From Paraspadella gotoi (Eukaryota > Animalia > Chaetognatha), in assembly GCA_051294375.1 (NCBI GenBank), contig JBJCIZ010000138.1, forward strand, positions 1-6,946: a stretch of DNA of 6,946 bases, in the 5' to 3' direction. The position numbers and the translations under genes were made by a program. Shown in pieces: positions 5,628 to 6,946 of the stretch (position 1 is its first letter; each line of letters starts with the position of its first letter). A model generated the notes under the pieces. That model was not told where the DNA came from. It was given only the letters and a program-made list of their open reading frames with translations, and did no database searches.

Positions 5628-6662
5628 TCAATTTGGCTGTTGGGGAAGCCATCCCAATCGCTCCTTCACTGGGCGACGGCGCCTGTTCTCCTCGGCGTTA
5701 GGACGTTGGCTTGATAAACTCTCGCGTAGATCACGGACCGCCTCGCCCACGCTCTTCGCGATGTTGAAATCGTGCGGCATCTCGCGCCTTGTCACCGTCA
5801 CGCGTGGATGCGTTTCAAATACGACTTCCTGTTTAATAGCATTTTTTATATAATAAATTTGTTTGTCAGCATCCTTCCTATAATAAATTCGGTTCTTACG
5901 CAATCGGAGCTGTCGCTATCAACGGCTAACGGTGGGTAGCCGAAATAGTCACGGACCGGCGTTCCCACTTCAGTCGAAGGCGAGGAAGGTGGGGACGGTG
6001 AAGGGGCGCGGATCCTTTGCGCCATGAACGGACGACGAACCGAGGCGTTTTGTTCGTCGTCCGGTTGAGAAACCGGGGTTTCCGTCGCCGGAGCGGACGG
6101 CGGCATAATGCGGATCCTGTGTGCCATGAACGGGCGACGAACCGGGAAATCCTGCTCGTCGTTAGGTCGAGAGACCGGGGTTTCCGTTTCCGGCGCAGAC
6201 GGCGGCATCATGCGGATCGGACGACGAACCGAGGCGTCCTGCTCGCCGCTAGGTCGAGAGACAGGGACTTCCGTTCCTGGTGGCGGTGGTTCCACATCGA
6301 CCCATGAAATTTCAACGACTGTTCCTGGCGACGATGGTCGTGCGTTGCTCCGAACGGTTGGATCGTCTGTCCCCGGCGGCGCTGGCTCGTTCTTTGAGAG
6401 AGGTGCGACTCTCGCCGTTGGTTTGGAACAAGTGGCCGCGGCAATCTCTCTTGCCCGCTTTGACGCGTCGTCCTGAAGTGGACAATTAAACTTAACGAGA
6501 TCGTGAAAGCAAATATATTTAAGAGGCAAAAACTCTCTCTTTCTCGCTTGATAGAATTATCGTTACATGATTGGTTGGAATCAACCGATCAAAGATATAC
6601 TAATTTGATCAACCGGCTAGCTCGATAATGATTATTTCCTTTATTTTATTTACCGATGACAT
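5628..6662 (-). CDS. Pro/Arg/Ser-rich repeat protein; coding exons 6662-6654 and 6472-5628, with an apparent frameshift near 5900
   Basis: ATG TCA TCG|GTAAAT donor (6653) and CACTTCAG|GAC acceptor (6473) join in frame as MSS-DDASKRARE. ORFs 5846..6529 and 5628..5903 overlap and look like one shifted CDS. High GC. Confidence 0.65.
6008..6290 (-). repeat. Coding tandem repeat, about 3 units (102, 102 and about 87 nt)
   Basis: GCGGATC anchors at 6008, 6110 and 6212; peptide unit PPSAPxTETPVSRPxDEQDxxVRRP(FMAxR)IR. Confidence 0.9.
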
Positions 6663-6864
6663 CTTGAGAAGATGGTTGACCGCAAAAAGGAAGTTGGACT
6701 GCGACGAGAGTCAAGGAAACTTACTGAACTGGTGCCTGCGGAAAATTTCAGTAACGCAAAGTTCAATGAACGAGCATGAGAAAACGATTAAATACAGAAT
6801 TAGCATTGGTAACGCTTAAATAAACGTGAAAGACAATTGGTCTGGTAACTTTCAAATTTCGAGT

Positions 6865-6945
6865 TCAGATTTCCTCAGAGTCTTCCATTTCATGGATTTT
6901 CGTAAGAAGAGCACGATTTCTCCTGTCTCTCTTAATTTTACGAAG
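6865..6945 (-). CDS. 3' end of a possible upstream ORF (LRKIKRDRRNRALLTKIHEMEDSEEI*), weakly H3-like
   Basis: Open from the window edge to TGA at 6867-6865; LRxIxR-x6-LL has the spacing of H3 LREIRRYQKSTELL. Confidence 0.3.
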   Translation of the reverse strand, partial: LRKIKRDRRNRALLTKIHEMEDSEEI

Positions 6946-6946
6946 T

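Noticed and set aside
5878-5899. 22-nt GT...AG micro-intron explaining the frame change
   Set aside because: It is very short, and removing it gives an almost immediate TGA.
6568-6620. Helitron 3' end (hairpin plus CTAG at 6617-6620)
   Set aside because: CTAG is followed by C rather than T, the hairpins are not GC-rich, and no RepHel sequence is seen.
20-6819. Plus-strand ORFs in the track (20..325, 1523..1828, 1948..2307, 3321..3611, 6108..6476 and others)
   Set aside because: They are mostly F/L/S-rich antisense shadows of K/E-rich minus-strand genes or of the GC-rich repeat, and show no paralogy signal of their own.

Overview
Eukaryotic, probably nematode-like DNA (inferred from TTTCAG/TTACAG-type 3' splice sites) with all credible coding on the minus strand. 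From about 4650 to the left edge there is a dense head-to-tail array of 12 short, intronless cistrons (11 of them K/E-rich family members), each stop lying about 30-100 nt from the next AG acceptor, which sits just before the ATG. This is the layout of an SL trans-spliced operon. The proteins fall into three paralog families I do not recognise, in transcription order C,C,?,B,A,B,A,B,A,A,B,A. Several copies are interrupted by 1-nt frameshifts, so the ORF track misses or fuses them. The spacers repeatedly carry ACTTACCT, which matches the U1 snRNA 5' end and is complementary to a perfect splice donor: 10 exact copies, all on the coding strand. Upstream lie a degenerate histone H3 N-terminal fragment and a spliced gene for a Pro-rich repeat protein. 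All alignments were done by eye; no searches were run.
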